Positions 31,508 through 42,137 of a stretch of 45,940 bases of DNA are shown one piece after another. A program made the position numbers and the translations under genes. The notes under the pieces are model-generated. The model was not told where the DNA came from and made no database searches. It was given only the letters and a program-made list of their open reading frames with translations. The stretch lies in the sequence record DRR723986_8621. One strand, 5' to 3'. The stretch's first letter is position 1; each line of letters opens with the position of its first letter.

Positions 31508-32000
31508 AGCCGAACTGCAGCTGGATCTGGTTGCGCCCTCCCCGGGCGAGATGCTGCGTGCCGGACGGCTTGCCCAGGAGTTGCAGTCCCGCGACACCGC
31601 CGACCGGTTGAACTGGCTGCCGAGTTACATCGATATCATTGAGCGGGATGACTACCAGGCGCTGCGCCGGCCAGCATTTGCGCGTGGCTATGTGAAGGCG
31701 TACGGTAAGTTGCTGGGCCTTGATGAGCGTACCTTGATGGATGCCTTCGAGCGTATCCAGGGCGACGATAACGCCGGGGCCGCCGCGCCGCGGGTGTCAC
31801 CCGGTCGGCCGGCACCGCTGCAGCGCACCGGGGTCGGAGTGGTCGTTGGCCTGGTCGTACTCGGCCTGCTACTGACCGGATTGTGGTTGTGGCAGAGTCG
31901 GGAGCCGGCAGCACCGGAGAACGAGCTCGCGCCGGCAGTCCGGGAACAAACCGACATTGAACGAGCCCAGGACGCGGTGAGCGTCATGTTGGGGCCCTGA
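31500..32000 (+). CDS. rodZ: RodZ-family cytoskeletal protein, short form (HTH + single TM)
   Basis: GTG 31500; PGEMLRAGR...IERDDY...FARGYVKAYGKLLGL HTH; TM segment; position before ispG. Confidence 0.8.
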   Translation: MSEAELQLDLVAPSPGEMLRAGRLAQELQSRDTADRLNWLPSYIDIIERDDYQALRRPAFARGYVKAYGKLLGLDERTLMDAFERIQGDDNAGAAAPRVSPGRPAPLQRTGVGVVVGLVVLGLLLTGLWLWQSREPAAPENELAPAVREQTDIERAQDAVSVMLGP

Positions 32001-32009
32001 GGACGGAGG

Positions 32010-33140
32010 ATGATGACCGAGTCCCCGATCAAGCGACGCAAAAGCCGGCAGATCCATGTTGGCAATGTGCCTGTGGGCGGCGATGCACCGATCAGCGTGC
32101 AGAGCATGACCAATACCGAAACCTGCGACGTCGATGCCACGGTTGCCCAGGTGAAGGCCATCCAGGAGGCCGGTGCCGACATTGTGCGAGTCTCGGTGCC
32201 CAGCATGGAGGCCGCAGAGGCCTTCCGTGAAATTCGAGCACGGGTCGACGTACCGCTGGTTGCGGATATCCACTTTGACCACAAGATAGCCCTCAGGGTG
32301 GCCGAATACGGGGTCGATTGCCTGCGCATCAACCCGGGCAATATCGGGCGCGACGACAAGGTGCGCGAAGTGATCGACAGCGCGCGGGACAAGGGTATAC
32401 CCATCCGCATCGGGGTGAATGCCGGCTCACTGGGCAAGGATTTGCAGCGCAAGTACGGAGAGCCCACAGCCGAGGCGCTGGTCGAGTCCGCGATGCGCCA
32501 CGTCGACATCCTCGACAAGTTCAACTACCCGGACTTCAAGGTCAGCGTGAAGGCCTCCGAGGTGTTCATGGCGGTAGAGGCCTATCGCCTGCTGGCCCGG
32601 CAGATCGATCAACCGCTGCACCTGGGAATTACCGAGGCCGGTGGCCTGCGCGGCGGTACGGTGAAGTCTGCGGTCGGCCTCGGCATGCTGTTGATGGACG
32701 GGATCGGCGATACCATCCGTATCTCGCTGGCGGCGGACCCGGTGGAAGAGGTCAAGGTCGGTTTTGAGATTCTCAAGAGCCTGAAGCTGCGCACCAACGG
32801 TATCAACTTTATCGCCTGTCCGAGTTGCTCGCGGCAGAATTTCGATGTCATCGGCACCATGAATGCCCTCGAGCAGCGGCTGGAGGATATTCGCACACCG
32901 ATGGACGTGGCGGTTATCGGCTGTATCGTCAACGGCCCTGGTGAGGCGCGGGAGGCCGATGTGGGCCTGACCGGCGCCACCCCGAACAATCTGATCTACG
33001 TGGCCGGGCAGCCCGACCACAAGGTCAGCAATGAGGATTTCATTGATCATCTCGAGCAGGTGATCAGGGACCGTGCCACCGTGCTGGAAAAGCAGCGCGC
33101 AGCGGACTCAGAACAGCTCATCGTCAAATCCTCTGTCTGA
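32010..33140 (+). CDS. ispG: (E)-4-hydroxy-3-methylbut-2-enyl-diphosphate synthase
   Basis: [39 protein letters not shown]. Confidence 0.98.
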   Translation: MMTESPIKRRKSRQIHVGNVPVGGDAPISVQSMTNTETCDVDATVAQVKAIQEAGADIVRVSVPSMEAAEAFREIRARVDVPLVADIHFDHKIALRVAEYGVDCLRINPGNIGRDDKVREVIDSARDKGIPIRIGVNAGSLGKDLQRKYGEPTAEALVESAMRHVDILDKFNYPDFKVSVKASEVFMAVEAYRLLARQIDQPLHLGITEAGGLRGGTVKSAVGLGMLLMDGIGDTIRISLAADPVEEVKVGFEILKSLKLRTNGINFIACPSCSRQNFDVIGTMNALEQRLEDIRTPMDVAVIGCIVNGPGEAREADVGLTGATPNNLIYVAGQPDHKVSNEDFIDHLEQVIRDRATVLEKQRAADSEQLIVKSSV

Positions 33141-33164
33141 GACAGGGATCACACTGGAGTAAGC

Positions 33165-34454
33165 GTGAGTAACATCAGAGCTGTCCGGGGGATGAACGAC
33201 ATACTCCCGGACGAATCGCTGTCATGGCAGGCCCTGGAGCGGACCGTCGCGGACCTGCTGGCAAGCTACGGCTATGGCGAGATCCGCCTGCCGGTGGTCG
33301 AGCACACCGAGTTGTTCCGGCGATCTATCGGGGAAGTCACCGATATCGTCGAGAAAGAAATGTACAGCTTCGATGATCGCAACGGTGAGAGCCTCACCTT
33401 GCGCCCCGAGGGTACGGCGGGCTGCGTGCGCGCCGCGATCCAGCAGGGCCTGCTGTCGGTGCCGCAGCGGCTGTGGTACGCGGGCCCCATGTTTCGTTAT
33501 GAGCGCCCCCAGAAAGGCCGCCAGCGGCAGTTCCACCAGGTGGGTGTGGAAGCTTTCGGTATCGCGACACCCGATGTCGACGCCGAGCTGATCCTGCTCA
33601 GCGCTCGGCTCTGGCGCCAGTTGGGCATTGCTGAACACGTGACCCTTGAGCTGAATTCCATCGGTTCACCCGCCGCCCGCGCGGCCTATCGCGAGGCCCT
33701 GGTGGCCTATCTCGAACAGCACCGCGATGCGCTGGATGAAGATAGCCAGCGGCGACTGGGCAGCAACCCCCTGCGTATCCTGGACAGCAAGAACCCCCAG
33801 ACCCAGGCACTGCTCGATGACGCACCGAACCTCGCCGATTACCTCGATGAGGAATCCCGTGCCGATTTTGAACGTCTTTGTGAGCTGCTGGAGGCGGCTG
33901 GCTTGCGTTTTACCGTCAATACCCGCCTGGTGCGCGGCCTGGATTACTACAACAAGACCGTGTTCGAGTGGGTTACCGACCAGCTCGGTGCCCAGGGTAC
34001 GGTCTGTGCCGGCGGTCGTTACGATGGGCTGGTCGAGCAACTCGGTGGCAAGTCCACCCCGGGCATTGGCTTTGCCATGGGCCTGGAGCGGCTGGTGCTG
34101 TTGGTGGAGGCGCTGCAATCTGCGCCCGCTATCGCCAGCGCGGCGGATGTATATGTGGTCGCGGTAGGGGATAATGCGCAGCGGGTTGCCCTGGCGGCGG
34201 CGGAAATGCTGCGTTCGGCTATGCCGGGCCGGCGGATCGTGCAACACCTCGGTGGCGGCAGTTTCAAGAGCCAGATGAAAAAGGCCGACAAGAGCGGGGC
34301 GGAGCTGGCGCTGATCTGGGGTGATGATGAGGTAGCGGCCAACGAGGTCACCCTGAAGAGCCTGCGGGACCAGGGTAGCCAGCAGCGGGTTTCCACGGTG
34401 GACCTGACGGCTGCCGTGCAGGCCGCCCTCGAAGACAATCCCTCGGGTTTGTAG
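33165..34454 (+). CDS. hisS: Histidyl-tRNA synthetase
   Basis: [41 protein letters not shown]. Confidence 0.98.
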   Translation: MSNIRAVRGMNDILPDESLSWQALERTVADLLASYGYGEIRLPVVEHTELFRRSIGEVTDIVEKEMYSFDDRNGESLTLRPEGTAGCVRAAIQQGLLSVPQRLWYAGPMFRYERPQKGRQRQFHQVGVEAFGIATPDVDAELILLSARLWRQLGIAEHVTLELNSIGSPAARAAYREALVAYLEQHRDALDEDSQRRLGSNPLRILDSKNPQTQALLDDAPNLADYLDEESRADFERLCELLEAAGLRFTVNTRLVRGLDYYNKTVFEWVTDQLGAQGTVCAGGRYDGLVEQLGGKSTPGIGFAMGLERLVLLVEALQSAPAIASAADVYVVAVGDNAQRVALAAAEMLRSAMPGRRIVQHLGGGSFKSQMKKADKSGAELALIWGDDEVAANEVTLKSLRDQGSQQRVSTVDLTAAVQAALEDNPSGL

Positions 34455-34535
34455 GCCGACATGGCGGGTCCGGACCCGCAGATACCGCTCTGGTGAGCGG
34501 CTTAATAGGAACAGGTAAGTAAGGAATTAGCGACA

Positions 34536-35255
34536 GTGGAATCATATCGCACAGAAGAAGAACAGGTTGAAGCGCTCAAACGCTGGTGGGATGAAAATGG
34601 CCGGTCAACCATGGCTGCCATCGTGCTCGCGTTGATTGCCGGTTTTGGCTGGCAGGCCTATAAGGACTTCGATCAGCAGCAGCGGGAATCAGCCTCCGAT
34701 CTCTATCAGGTCATGCTCGATGCCATGAGTGTGCGCGAAGCCAGCGAGGCTGATGCTGATAACGCGCGCCGCATCGCCGGCCAGCTTAAAACCGATTTCG
34801 GCGGCAGCACCTACGCCCAGTTCGCAGCCTTGCACCTGGCCCGGATGGCAGTGGCCGATGCGGATCTTGCCGGGGCGGAAGCAGAATTGCGCTGGGTTCT
34901 GGCCAAGGCCGGCTCCGGTGACGATGTCGCCACGGTAGCCGCACTGCGCCTCGCCAGGGTACTGGCCGCCGCGGGTGATACCGAACAGGCGCTCGCCATC
35001 CTCGCGGAAGGCGAGGGTGGCACCTATGCCGCCTCCTACGCCATGGCCCGCGGTGATGTGCTGTTGGGTCTTGGTCGCAGTGACGAGGCGAGGTCCGCCT
35101 ACACCGAGGCGCGCGATCTCGCCGCTGCCAAAGGTGCGCAGGCCCAGCTGATTACGCTGGAGCAGAAGCTGGAAAGCCTCAGTCCGATTGCCGCGCCCGC
35201 GCTCGAGCTGCCGGTTACCCCGGTGGATGATCAACTGCCTGAAGGCGAGGGCTGA
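34536..35255 (+). CDS. yfgM: YfgM-family TPR membrane protein (SecYEG ancillary subunit)
   Basis: TEEEQVEALKRWWDENG N-terminus, TM segment, RLARV and GDVL motifs; lies between hisS and bamB. Confidence 0.92.
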   Translation: MESYRTEEEQVEALKRWWDENGRSTMAAIVLALIAGFGWQAYKDFDQQQRESASDLYQVMLDAMSVREASEADADNARRIAGQLKTDFGGSTYAQFAALHLARMAVADADLAGAEAELRWVLAKAGSGDDVATVAALRLARVLAAAGDTEQALAILAEGEGGTYAASYAMARGDVLLGLGRSDEARSAYTEARDLAAAKGAQAQLITLEQKLESLSPIAAPALELPVTPVDDQLPEGEG

Positions 35256-35258
35256 GTT

Positions 35259-36440
35259 ATGGTCGATCTCCTGATGCGCCGCATCCTGGCACTCGTGCTG
35301 GTCCTGAGCCTCGGTGCCTGTAGCACTGTCGGCGGCTGGTTTGACATGGATGACGAGGAAGACCCCACCGCCCCGGTTGAGCTGGTGGATATCGAGGAAA
35401 CGGTCAAGGTTCGCAAATTGTGGTCGGTTGGCGTGGGCAATGGCCAGGGTAAGGGCCTGTACAAGCTGCAGCCGGTTATCAGTGGCGACATGATTTATGC
35501 CGCCGCCGCCGATGGCGAGGTCGTCGCCGTCAATCGGCTTACCGGGCGCAAAGCCTGGGATACCGATCTCGACATGGGACTGTCCGGCGGGGTGGGTGTC
35601 TCCGACGACTCCCTGTTCCTGGGTAGCAGCGACGGTGGCGTATTGCGCCTCGATGTAGCCACTGGCGACCTGTTGTGGTCGACCCGCCTGACCGGCGAAG
35701 TGCTGGCTGCGCCCCAGGGTGATGGTCGCGTGGTGATCGCGCAGACCTATGACGGCAAACTGAGCGGCCTGGACTACGCGACCGGAGAGAAGCTCTGGAC
35801 CCACGACAGTAACGTGCCGGTCCTTACAATCCGCGGCACCAGCACGCCCATTCTGCGTAACGGGGTAGCCTATGCGGGCTTCGCCAACGGCCGGATCCTG
35901 GCGTTTGATGCCGCGACCGGCGCAGTCAACTGGGAAAGCCGGGTGGCAATCTCCCAGGGGCGTTCAGAGATCGAGCGGATCGTCGACGTCGACGGCACCA
36001 TGGCGTTGATCGGCAATGAGCTCTATGCCGCCAGCTACCAGGGCCGGGTCGTCGCCCTGGACGCTGCAGACGGGCGCAAGCTCTGGCAGCGTAATATCTC
36101 GTCGTTCTCCGGCGTGTCGCAGGGCTTTGGTAATGTCTACGTAACCGATGAAGACGGCACGGTTACCGCCTACCTGCGCAATGGCCAGGGAGTGCGCTGG
36201 CAGCAGGATGCGCTTGGTTACCGTGAGCTGTCGCGCCCAACCCCGGTCAGCAGTTACCTGGCGGTGGTGGATTTTGAGGGCTACCTGCACTTGTTGTCCC
36301 AGGTCGACGGGAGTTTTGTCGGCCGCGAGCGTCCGGATGGCGATGGTGCCCGCGCTGACATGTTGAGCGACGGCAACGTGCTTTACGTGTTCGGCAACAG
36401 CGGCAAACTCATCGCCTACGAAATTTCCCCGAAGAGCTAG
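35259..36440 (+). CDS. bamB: Outer membrane protein assembly factor BamB
   Basis: Lipobox LGAC, PQQ-like beta-propeller repeats, [12 protein letters not shown]; upstream of der. Confidence 0.95.
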   Translation: MVDLLMRRILALVLVLSLGACSTVGGWFDMDDEEDPTAPVELVDIEETVKVRKLWSVGVGNGQGKGLYKLQPVISGDMIYAAAADGEVVAVNRLTGRKAWDTDLDMGLSGGVGVSDDSLFLGSSDGGVLRLDVATGDLLWSTRLTGEVLAAPQGDGRVVIAQTYDGKLSGLDYATGEKLWTHDSNVPVLTIRGTSTPILRNGVAYAGFANGRILAFDAATGAVNWESRVAISQGRSEIERIVDVDGTMALIGNELYAASYQGRVVALDAADGRKLWQRNISSFSGVSQGFGNVYVTDEDGTVTAYLRNGQGVRWQQDALGYRELSRPTPVSSYLAVVDFEGYLHLLSQVDGSFVGRERPDGDGARADMLSDGNVLYVFGNSGKLIAYEISPKS

Positions 36441-36450
36441 GCCAACTACC

Positions 36451-37869
36451 ATGCTTCCCGTCATAGCCCTGGTTGGACGCCCCAATGTAGGGAAGTCCAC
36501 CCTGTTCAACCAGCTGACCCGTACCCGGGACGCGCTGGTGGCGGACTATTCAGGCCTGACCCGTGATCGTAAATACGGTGAGGCGCGGCTGGATGGCCGG
36601 CCGTATATCGTTATCGATACCGGTGGTATCAGTGGCGACGAAGACGGCATCGATTCCGCCATGGCCGGGCAGAGCCGGATGGCGATCGAGGAGGCGGATG
36701 CGGTCCTGCTGATGGTCGATGCCCGGGAAGGCTTGAACGCGGCTGACGAGGCCCTCGCGCGCCACTTGCGCCAGCGGGGCAAGGCCTTTCATCTGGTGGT
36801 GAACAAGGTCGATGGTCTCAATGCAGATCTCGCGACCAGTGACTTCTTCGCCCTCGGGGTAGAGTCCATGTACGGGATTGCCGCCGCCCACGGGCGCGGC
36901 ATACGGGCCATGATCGCAGCGGTGCTGGCGGAGTTTCCCGATGAGCAGGAAGAAGACCTCGCCGCACGTCCGGACAGCACCCGGGTGGCGGTGGTCGGCC
37001 GTCCCAATGTGGGCAAGTCGACCCTGGTCAACCGCCTGCTGGGCGAGGAGCGGGTGGTGGTGTTCGACCAGCCCGGTACGACCCGCGACAGTATTTATAT
37101 CGACTATGAGCGCAACGACAGGCTGTATACGTTGATCGATACTGCGGGTATCCGCCGGCGCAAGAACGTGCGCGAAACGGTGGAGAAGTTTTCCATCGTC
37201 AAAACCCTGAAAGCTATCGATGACGCCCACGTGGTGGTGCTGGTCATGGATGCCCACGAGGGGATCGTCGACCAGGATATGCACCTGCTGGGGCACTGCA
37301 TCGAAGCCGGGCGGGGGCTGGTACTGGCGATCAACAAGTGGGACGGCGTCGAGTCGGACAAGCGCGAGTGGATCAAGTCGGAACTTGGCCGGCGACTGAA
37401 ATTCGCCGACTACGCCGACACGCACTATATTTCAGCGCTGCACGGCACCGGTGTGGGACATCTCTATCGCTCCGTCGACGCCGCCTTCCAGTCTGCCACG
37501 CGCAAACTGAGCACCAATGTCCTGACCCGGATTCTCGAGGGCGCAGTGCTCGATCATCCGCCGCCCATGGTCAACGGTCGGCGGATCAAACTGCGCTATG
37601 CCCACGCCGGTGGCCAGAACCCGCCGCTGATCGTGATTCACGGCAACCAGGTAGGCAAGGTCCCGTCCAGTTACCAGCGCTACCTGGAAAAAATCTATCG
37701 CCGCCAGCTGGAGCTGGTTGGCACGCCGGTACGGATCGAATTCAAGACTGGCGACAACCCCTACGCCGACAAGCGCAACAAACTGACCCAGCGCCAGGTG
37801 CAGCGCAAGCGGCGCATGATGGCCCACGTCAAAAAGGCCAAGAAGAGTCGCAAACGCAAGGATCGCTAG
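36451..37869 (+). CDS. der: Ribosome biogenesis GTPase Der (EngA)
   Basis: Two GRPNVGKS P-loops, DTGG and DTAG, NKVD and NKWD. Confidence 0.98.
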   Translation: MLPVIALVGRPNVGKSTLFNQLTRTRDALVADYSGLTRDRKYGEARLDGRPYIVIDTGGISGDEDGIDSAMAGQSRMAIEEADAVLLMVDAREGLNAADEALARHLRQRGKAFHLVVNKVDGLNADLATSDFFALGVESMYGIAAAHGRGIRAMIAAVLAEFPDEQEEDLAARPDSTRVAVVGRPNVGKSTLVNRLLGEERVVVFDQPGTTRDSIYIDYERNDRLYTLIDTAGIRRRKNVRETVEKFSIVKTLKAIDDAHVVVLVMDAHEGIVDQDMHLLGHCIEAGRGLVLAINKWDGVESDKREWIKSELGRRLKFADYADTHYISALHGTGVGHLYRSVDAAFQSATRKLSTNVLTRILEGAVLDHPPPMVNGRRIKLRYAHAGGQNPPLIVIHGNQVGKVPSSYQRYLEKIYRRQLELVGTPVRIEFKTGDNPYADKRNKLTQRQVQRKRRMMAHVKKAKKSRKRKDR

Positions 37870-37870
37870 C

Positions 37871-38269
37871 GTGCCCGGTTCGAATGCCACGCCCGACCTG
37901 AACAGCCGTGAACACATCGAGCGCTTCGTCGACCTGTTCTATGGGCGCATGCTCAAAGACCCAGAGCTGGCGCCGATCTTTATCGACGTGGCCGGCATCG
38001 AGCTCGACGTCCACCTACCGCATATCAAGGACTACTGGTGCAAGCTGCTCCTTGGGGAGCAGGCCTACCGCCGGCACACGATGAATATCCATCGCCAGCT
38101 GCACGGCAAGCGCCCGCTGCAGGCGCAGGATTTCGATCGTTGGCTGGCGCTATTTACCCGCACGGTGGACGATCACTTTGCCGGGGAGCGCGCCGAGCGT
38201 GCCAAGCAGGTGGCGGCCTCGATTGCCGCCAATATGCAGAAGAGCCTGCCGGGCCGGGTCGAAGATTGA
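37871..38269 (+). CDS. Group III truncated haemoglobin
   Basis: FVDLFYGRMLKDPELAPIF, HLPHIKDYW, a proximal His, and FDRWLALF..TVD..F.GE.AE; 132 aa. Confidence 0.85.
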   Translation: MPGSNATPDLNSREHIERFVDLFYGRMLKDPELAPIFIDVAGIELDVHLPHIKDYWCKLLLGEQAYRRHTMNIHRQLHGKRPLQAQDFDRWLALFTRTVDDHFAGERAERAKQVAASIAANMQKSLPGRVED

Positions 38270-38384
38270 TCTCCCTGAGGCGCTGCGACCGGGGCGGGGG
38301 GGTGTATGATTCCCGCATGGTGACGATCACCCCGGTTGGCGGCGGCACTGCCCGCACATGCCATCCCCAGCGATGGATGAGAAT

Positions 38385-39629
38385 ATGAGCGATACAAGGC
38401 TACCCGATATCCGCATTGACCCGAGCCGCCTCTGGTCGCGTCTCCTGGCCATGGCCGAGCACGGTGCGACCCCGGCTGGTGGCTGTAACCGGCAGGCCCT
38501 GACCGACGAAGACAAGGCCGGGCGCGACCTGTTCCTTGGCTGGTGTGAGGACGCTGGCTGTGAGGTCCGCGTGGATGCCATCGGCAATATCTTTGCCCGG
38601 CGCCCCGGTAGTGACCCGGACGCAGCGCCGGTCATGACCGGCAGTCACCTCGATACCCAGCCCAGCGGCGGGCGTTTTGACGGCATCTATGGCGTACTTG
38701 CCGGCCTTGAAGTGATGGAAACCCTAAACCAGGCGGGAGCCACTACGCGTCACCCGCTGGAGGTGGTGGTGTGGACCAACGAGGAGGGTTGCCGCTTCGA
38801 TACCGCGATGATGGGATCGGCGGTCTGGAGCGGTGCTATGCCAATCGAGGCCGCCTATGCGTTGGCGGACCGCGAGGGGCGGACGGTGCAGGCCGAGTTG
38901 CAGCGGATTGGCTATCTCGGTGACACAGCTGCCCGGGTGTCGCCGGTGCACGCGGCCTTCGAACTCCACATAGAGCAGGGCCCGGTTCTGGAAGACGAGG
39001 CCAAAGCCATCGGGGTGGTCATGGGGGTCCAGCATATGAGCCGCCATCGCATCGTTATCGAGGGTGAGGAGGCGCATGCCGGACCCACACCGATGTCCCG
39101 CCGCCGGGATCCGATGATGGCCCTGTCGGTTTTCCTGCCGCAGCTGTACCGACTGGCCACGACCCATGGGCCCGAGGGCCGCGTCACTTTCGGCTTCATC
39201 CAGGCTGAGCCGGGGTCCAGCAATACGGTGCCGGGTCGTCTCGAATTGACTTGCGATATTCGCCATCCCGACCTGGACAGCTACCGCGCCATGCTCGGTG
39301 CCTACCAGCAGATCGTTACCGCGGCCTGCGAGCAATTCCAGCTGCCCTGCAGCCTCGACTGCTTCTGGCAGGCCCCCGGGGTGGTGTTCGACAGCGCCTG
39401 CGTTGACGCGGTGCGCAGTGCGGTTAGCGCGCTGGGTTACAGCCATCAGGAGATCGTTTCGGGAGCCGGCCATGATGCCTGCAACCTGGCCGCAGTCGTC
39501 CCTACCAGCATGATCTTTATTCCCTGTGCCGGCGGGTTGAGCCACAACGAGGCGGAGTCCATTACTCCGGAGCAGGCCGAACAGGGTGCCAATGTGCTGC
39601 TGCACGCCATGCTTGAGCGCGCCGGCTGA
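38385..39629 (+). CDS. Zn-dependent M20 amidohydrolase (N-carbamoyl-amino-acid hydrolase / beta-ureidopropionase family)
   Basis: GSHLDTQPSGGRFDG, TNEEG, ELHIEQG, HAG, SGAGHDA, GLSHNEAE. Start could be 38358, 38373 or 38385. Confidence 0.9.
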   Translation: MSDTRLPDIRIDPSRLWSRLLAMAEHGATPAGGCNRQALTDEDKAGRDLFLGWCEDAGCEVRVDAIGNIFARRPGSDPDAAPVMTGSHLDTQPSGGRFDGIYGVLAGLEVMETLNQAGATTRHPLEVVVWTNEEGCRFDTAMMGSAVWSGAMPIEAAYALADREGRTVQAELQRIGYLGDTAARVSPVHAAFELHIEQGPVLEDEAKAIGVVMGVQHMSRHRIVIEGEEAHAGPTPMSRRRDPMMALSVFLPQLYRLATTHGPEGRVTFGFIQAEPGSSNTVPGRLELTCDIRHPDLDSYRAMLGAYQQIVTAACEQFQLPCSLDCFWQAPGVVFDSACVDAVRSAVSALGYSHQEIVSGAGHDACNLAAVVPTSMIFIPCAGGLSHNEAESITPEQAEQGANVLLHAMLERAG

Positions 39630-39781
39630 CGCATTCCCCAGGACGCTTACCAGCCGGTTTCAACAGCACTTCGCGGGCCGCGGTGTGTTCACTTTGAGGC
39701 TTTGCAGCCTCTCCTTAGGTTTTTATTCTTTCTCTAAGCTACTGAAATAAATAGAGAAAAAATAATATTTCACGGTAGGGC

Positions 39782-39822
39782 TTGCTGAAATCGATTTAGG
39801 TGTTATAGTTATGTATAACACC
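39782..39822 (+). promoter_or_regulatory. Promoter with an overlapping YtrA/GntR-type palindromic operator
   Basis: TTGCTG (39782-39787) and extended -10 TGtTATAGT (39801-39809). Perfect inverted repeat GGTGTTATA-N6-TATAACACC (39799-39822). Confidence 0.8.
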
Positions 39823-39842
39823 ATATCAATGAGGTGAACCAA

Positions 39843-40049
39843 ATGCGTTTCACAATGAACAAAAACCTGTTCTCGGGCGGTGATAACCAGGTGCTGTTGT
39901 ACGCCACCTTGTTTCTGCTGGCGGCACTGGCCAGTGCCCTCGGTGGCGGAGCCCTGGGCCTGCTTAGCTTCCTGCCCGCGGTAGCGCTGGCCGAAGGAGC
40001 TTCCCGTTGGGCGAGCGATGCGCAGGCCAGCACTGTGCAGGAGGATTGA
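39843..40049 (+). CDS. Small hydrophobic (membrane) protein, first gene of the GntR/ABC operon
   Basis: SD GAGGTG at 39831-39836 before ATG 39843. The 68-aa product has a long hydrophobic core and ends 4 nt before the next start. Confidence 0.6.
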   Translation: MRFTMNKNLFSGGDNQVLLYATLFLLAALASALGGGALGLLSFLPAVALAEGASRWASDAQASTVQED

Positions 40050-40053
40050 AGCC

Positions 40054-40881
40054 ATGATTATCCGACAGGCATTGTTTGGCGGTATTGCCGTGCTCATGTT
40101 GGGCTCAGCCATGCTGGCGTCGGCCGATACCCGCCGGGTCGAAGGGCTGTCCTTCGAGCGGGTGGTGGTGATGGGTCCGGTGGAGGTTGAGATCTCGCAG
40201 GGTGAGGACATCCTGCTGCAGATCAAGGGTTCCGAGGATTCGCTGGAGAAACAACCCTTCTATGTCGACGATGACACCCTGGTGCTAGGTGAAAGCCGGA
40301 AGGACCGGAAGGCCGACTTCGACGACGTTAAATTCAAGCTGACGGTAACCGAACTGGAGCACCTCAAACTCAAGGGCTCCGGCGAAGTCTTTGTCCGGCC
40401 GCTGGAGACTGGTGAACTGTACGTTGCCGTGGAAGGTTCAGGCGATATCAAGCTGTTCAAGGTGACCGCGGATGAGGCCGTGCTGCAGGTCAGCGGATCA
40501 GGGGACATCCAGGTTGTTGAACTCCAGGCACCGGAGTTACAGCTGGTGCTCTCAGGTTCGGGCGATATTCATCTCGGCGAGCTGACGGCCGAGGAGACGG
40601 ACGCTTCGGTGAATGGTTCCGGTGACATGAGCCTGGAGGGCGATGGCGCCAGCCATAGCGTAGACCTGAATATCGTCGGTTCGGGCGACATCGATTTCCG
40701 TCATCTCAATGCGCATAGTATCTCGGTCAACATCGTTGGCTCGGGAAGCGCGCGGGTCGGTGCCTCGGAAGAACTCGATGTCACCATCATGGGTAGCGGT
40801 GATGTCATTTACGCCGGCCGTCCGGAAATTGACCAGTCGATTATGGGCTCCGGCTCAGTCGCCTCCGGAGACCGGGACTGA
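40054..40881 (+). CDS. Exported DUF2807 / GIN-domain (beta-solenoid, adhesin-head-like) protein
   Basis: Signal peptide; about ten GSG(D/E/S)(I/V/A/M) repeats at roughly 19-21 aa spacing; GSGDVIYAGRP. Confidence 0.82.
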   Translation: MIIRQALFGGIAVLMLGSAMLASADTRRVEGLSFERVVVMGPVEVEISQGEDILLQIKGSEDSLEKQPFYVDDDTLVLGESRKDRKADFDDVKFKLTVTELEHLKLKGSGEVFVRPLETGELYVAVEGSGDIKLFKVTADEAVLQVSGSGDIQVVELQAPELQLVLSGSGDIHLGELTAEETDASVNGSGDMSLEGDGASHSVDLNIVGSGDIDFRHLNAHSISVNIVGSGSARVGASEELDVTIMGSGDVIYAGRPEIDQSIMGSGSVASGDRD

Positions 40882-40902
40882 ATCGTCCCACGGGAGCCGC
40901 CC

Positions 40903-41274
40903 ATGGCTATGGAATGGAATGAAAACCAGCCGATCTACAAGCAACTGCGGGATCTTGTTGTAGAGCGGATTATGGACGGTAGCTTCGCCGAGGGCGCAGC
41001 GGTTCCGTCGGTACGCCAGGTCGCCGCAGACTACCAGATCAACCACCTGACGGTGGGTAAGGCCTACCAGGAACTGGTGGATGTTGGCCTGTTGGAAAAG
41101 CGCCGTGGCCTCGGCATGTTCGTCACTGAGGGTGCGCGCGGCGCGCTCACTACTGACGAACAACAACGCTTCCTCGAGGAGGAATTGCCGGCCTTTGCCG
41201 ATCGGGTCGATGTTCTCGGCCTGGCGATGGACGACGTGGTGAAATTATTACTCGAAACCAGGGGTGAGGAGTAA
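40903..41274 (+). CDS. GntR-family regulator, YtrA subfamily
   Basis: PIYKQL, PSVRQVA, INHLTVGKAYQEL, RRGLGMFV; short C-terminal domain; directly precedes an ABC ATPase. Confidence 0.93.
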   Translation: MAMEWNENQPIYKQLRDLVVERIMDGSFAEGAAVPSVRQVAADYQINHLTVGKAYQELVDVGLLEKRRGLGMFVTEGARGALTTDEQQRFLEEELPAFADRVDVLGLAMDDVVKLLLETRGEE

Positions 41275-42137
41275 TGGAACAGATAATCGGGGCCACTGGC
41301 CTCAGGCGCAGTTTTGGTGATCTTCACGCGGTAGACGGGGTCGACCTGTCAGTAACTGCGGGGAGCGTAATTGGACTGATCGGACCTAACGGCGCAGGCA
41401 AGACGACCTTGCTACGGGCGCTGCTGGGGCTTACCCATTTTGACGGCGATGTCTCCGTGCTGGGGCGCGATCCACGGACCGAGCGTGCGCGGTTGATGGA
41501 AGAAGTGTGCTTCATAGCCGATACCGCGGTGCTGCCGCGCTGGATGCGGGTCGACCAGCTGCTGGACTATGTCACCGGCATCCACCCGCGCTTCGACCGC
41601 AGGCAGGCGGAGGAATTTCTGGCCACAACGGAAGTTACCCCGCGCCGCAGGGTGCGTGACCTGTCCAAGGGGATGACGGTGCAGCTGCATCTCGCTCTGG
41701 TTATGGCGATCGATGCGCGCCTGCTGATCCTCGATGAGCCCACCCTGGGCCTGGATATCCTGTTTCGCAAGCGCTTCTTCGAGCAGTTGCTCAACGATTA
41801 CTTCGATGACGAACGGACCATCATTATCTCCACTCACCAGGTGGAGGAGGTCCAGAATATTCTCACCGAGGTCATGTTCATGGACCGGGGCAAGCTGGTA
41901 TTGCAGCAGCCTATGGCCAACCTGGAAGAGGATTTCATCGAACTGCACGTGGTTGGCGACAAGGTTGCACAGGCGGAGTCCATCCCGCATGTCGGGGTCC
42001 GTAGCATCCTCGGTGGCAAGGCGATCATTTACGAGGGAGTGCCGCGCGACATGCTGGCCCAGCTCGGTGAGCTGCGCACGCCGTCCGTGTCCGACCTGTT
42101 CGTGGCCAAGGTAGGGGGGGAACATAACCATGGCTGA
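41274..42137 (+). CDS. ABC-2-type exporter ATP-binding protein
   Basis: Walker A GPNGAGKT, signature LSKGM, Walker B LILDEP, STH. Confidence 0.95.
   Translation: MEQIIGATGLRRSFGDLHAVDGVDLSVTAGSVIGLIGPNGAGKTTLLRALLGLTHFDGDVSVLGRDPRTERARLMEEVCFIADTAVLPRWMRVDQLLDYVTGIHPRFDRRQAEEFLATTEVTPRRRVRDLSKGMTVQLHLALVMAIDARLLILDEPTLGLDILFRKRFFEQLLNDYFDDERTIIISTHQVEEVQNILTEVMFMDRGKLVLQQPMANLEEDFIELHVVGDKVAQAESIPHVGVRSILGGKAIIYEGVPRDMLAQLGELRTPSVSDLFVAKVGGEHNHG

Noticed and set aside
40370-40860. Periodic GGTTCN/GGCTCN-GG repeats as a possible CRISPR or DNA tandem repeat
   Set aside because: They are synonymous-variable codons for protein-level GSG repeats, not identical DNA repeats with spacers.
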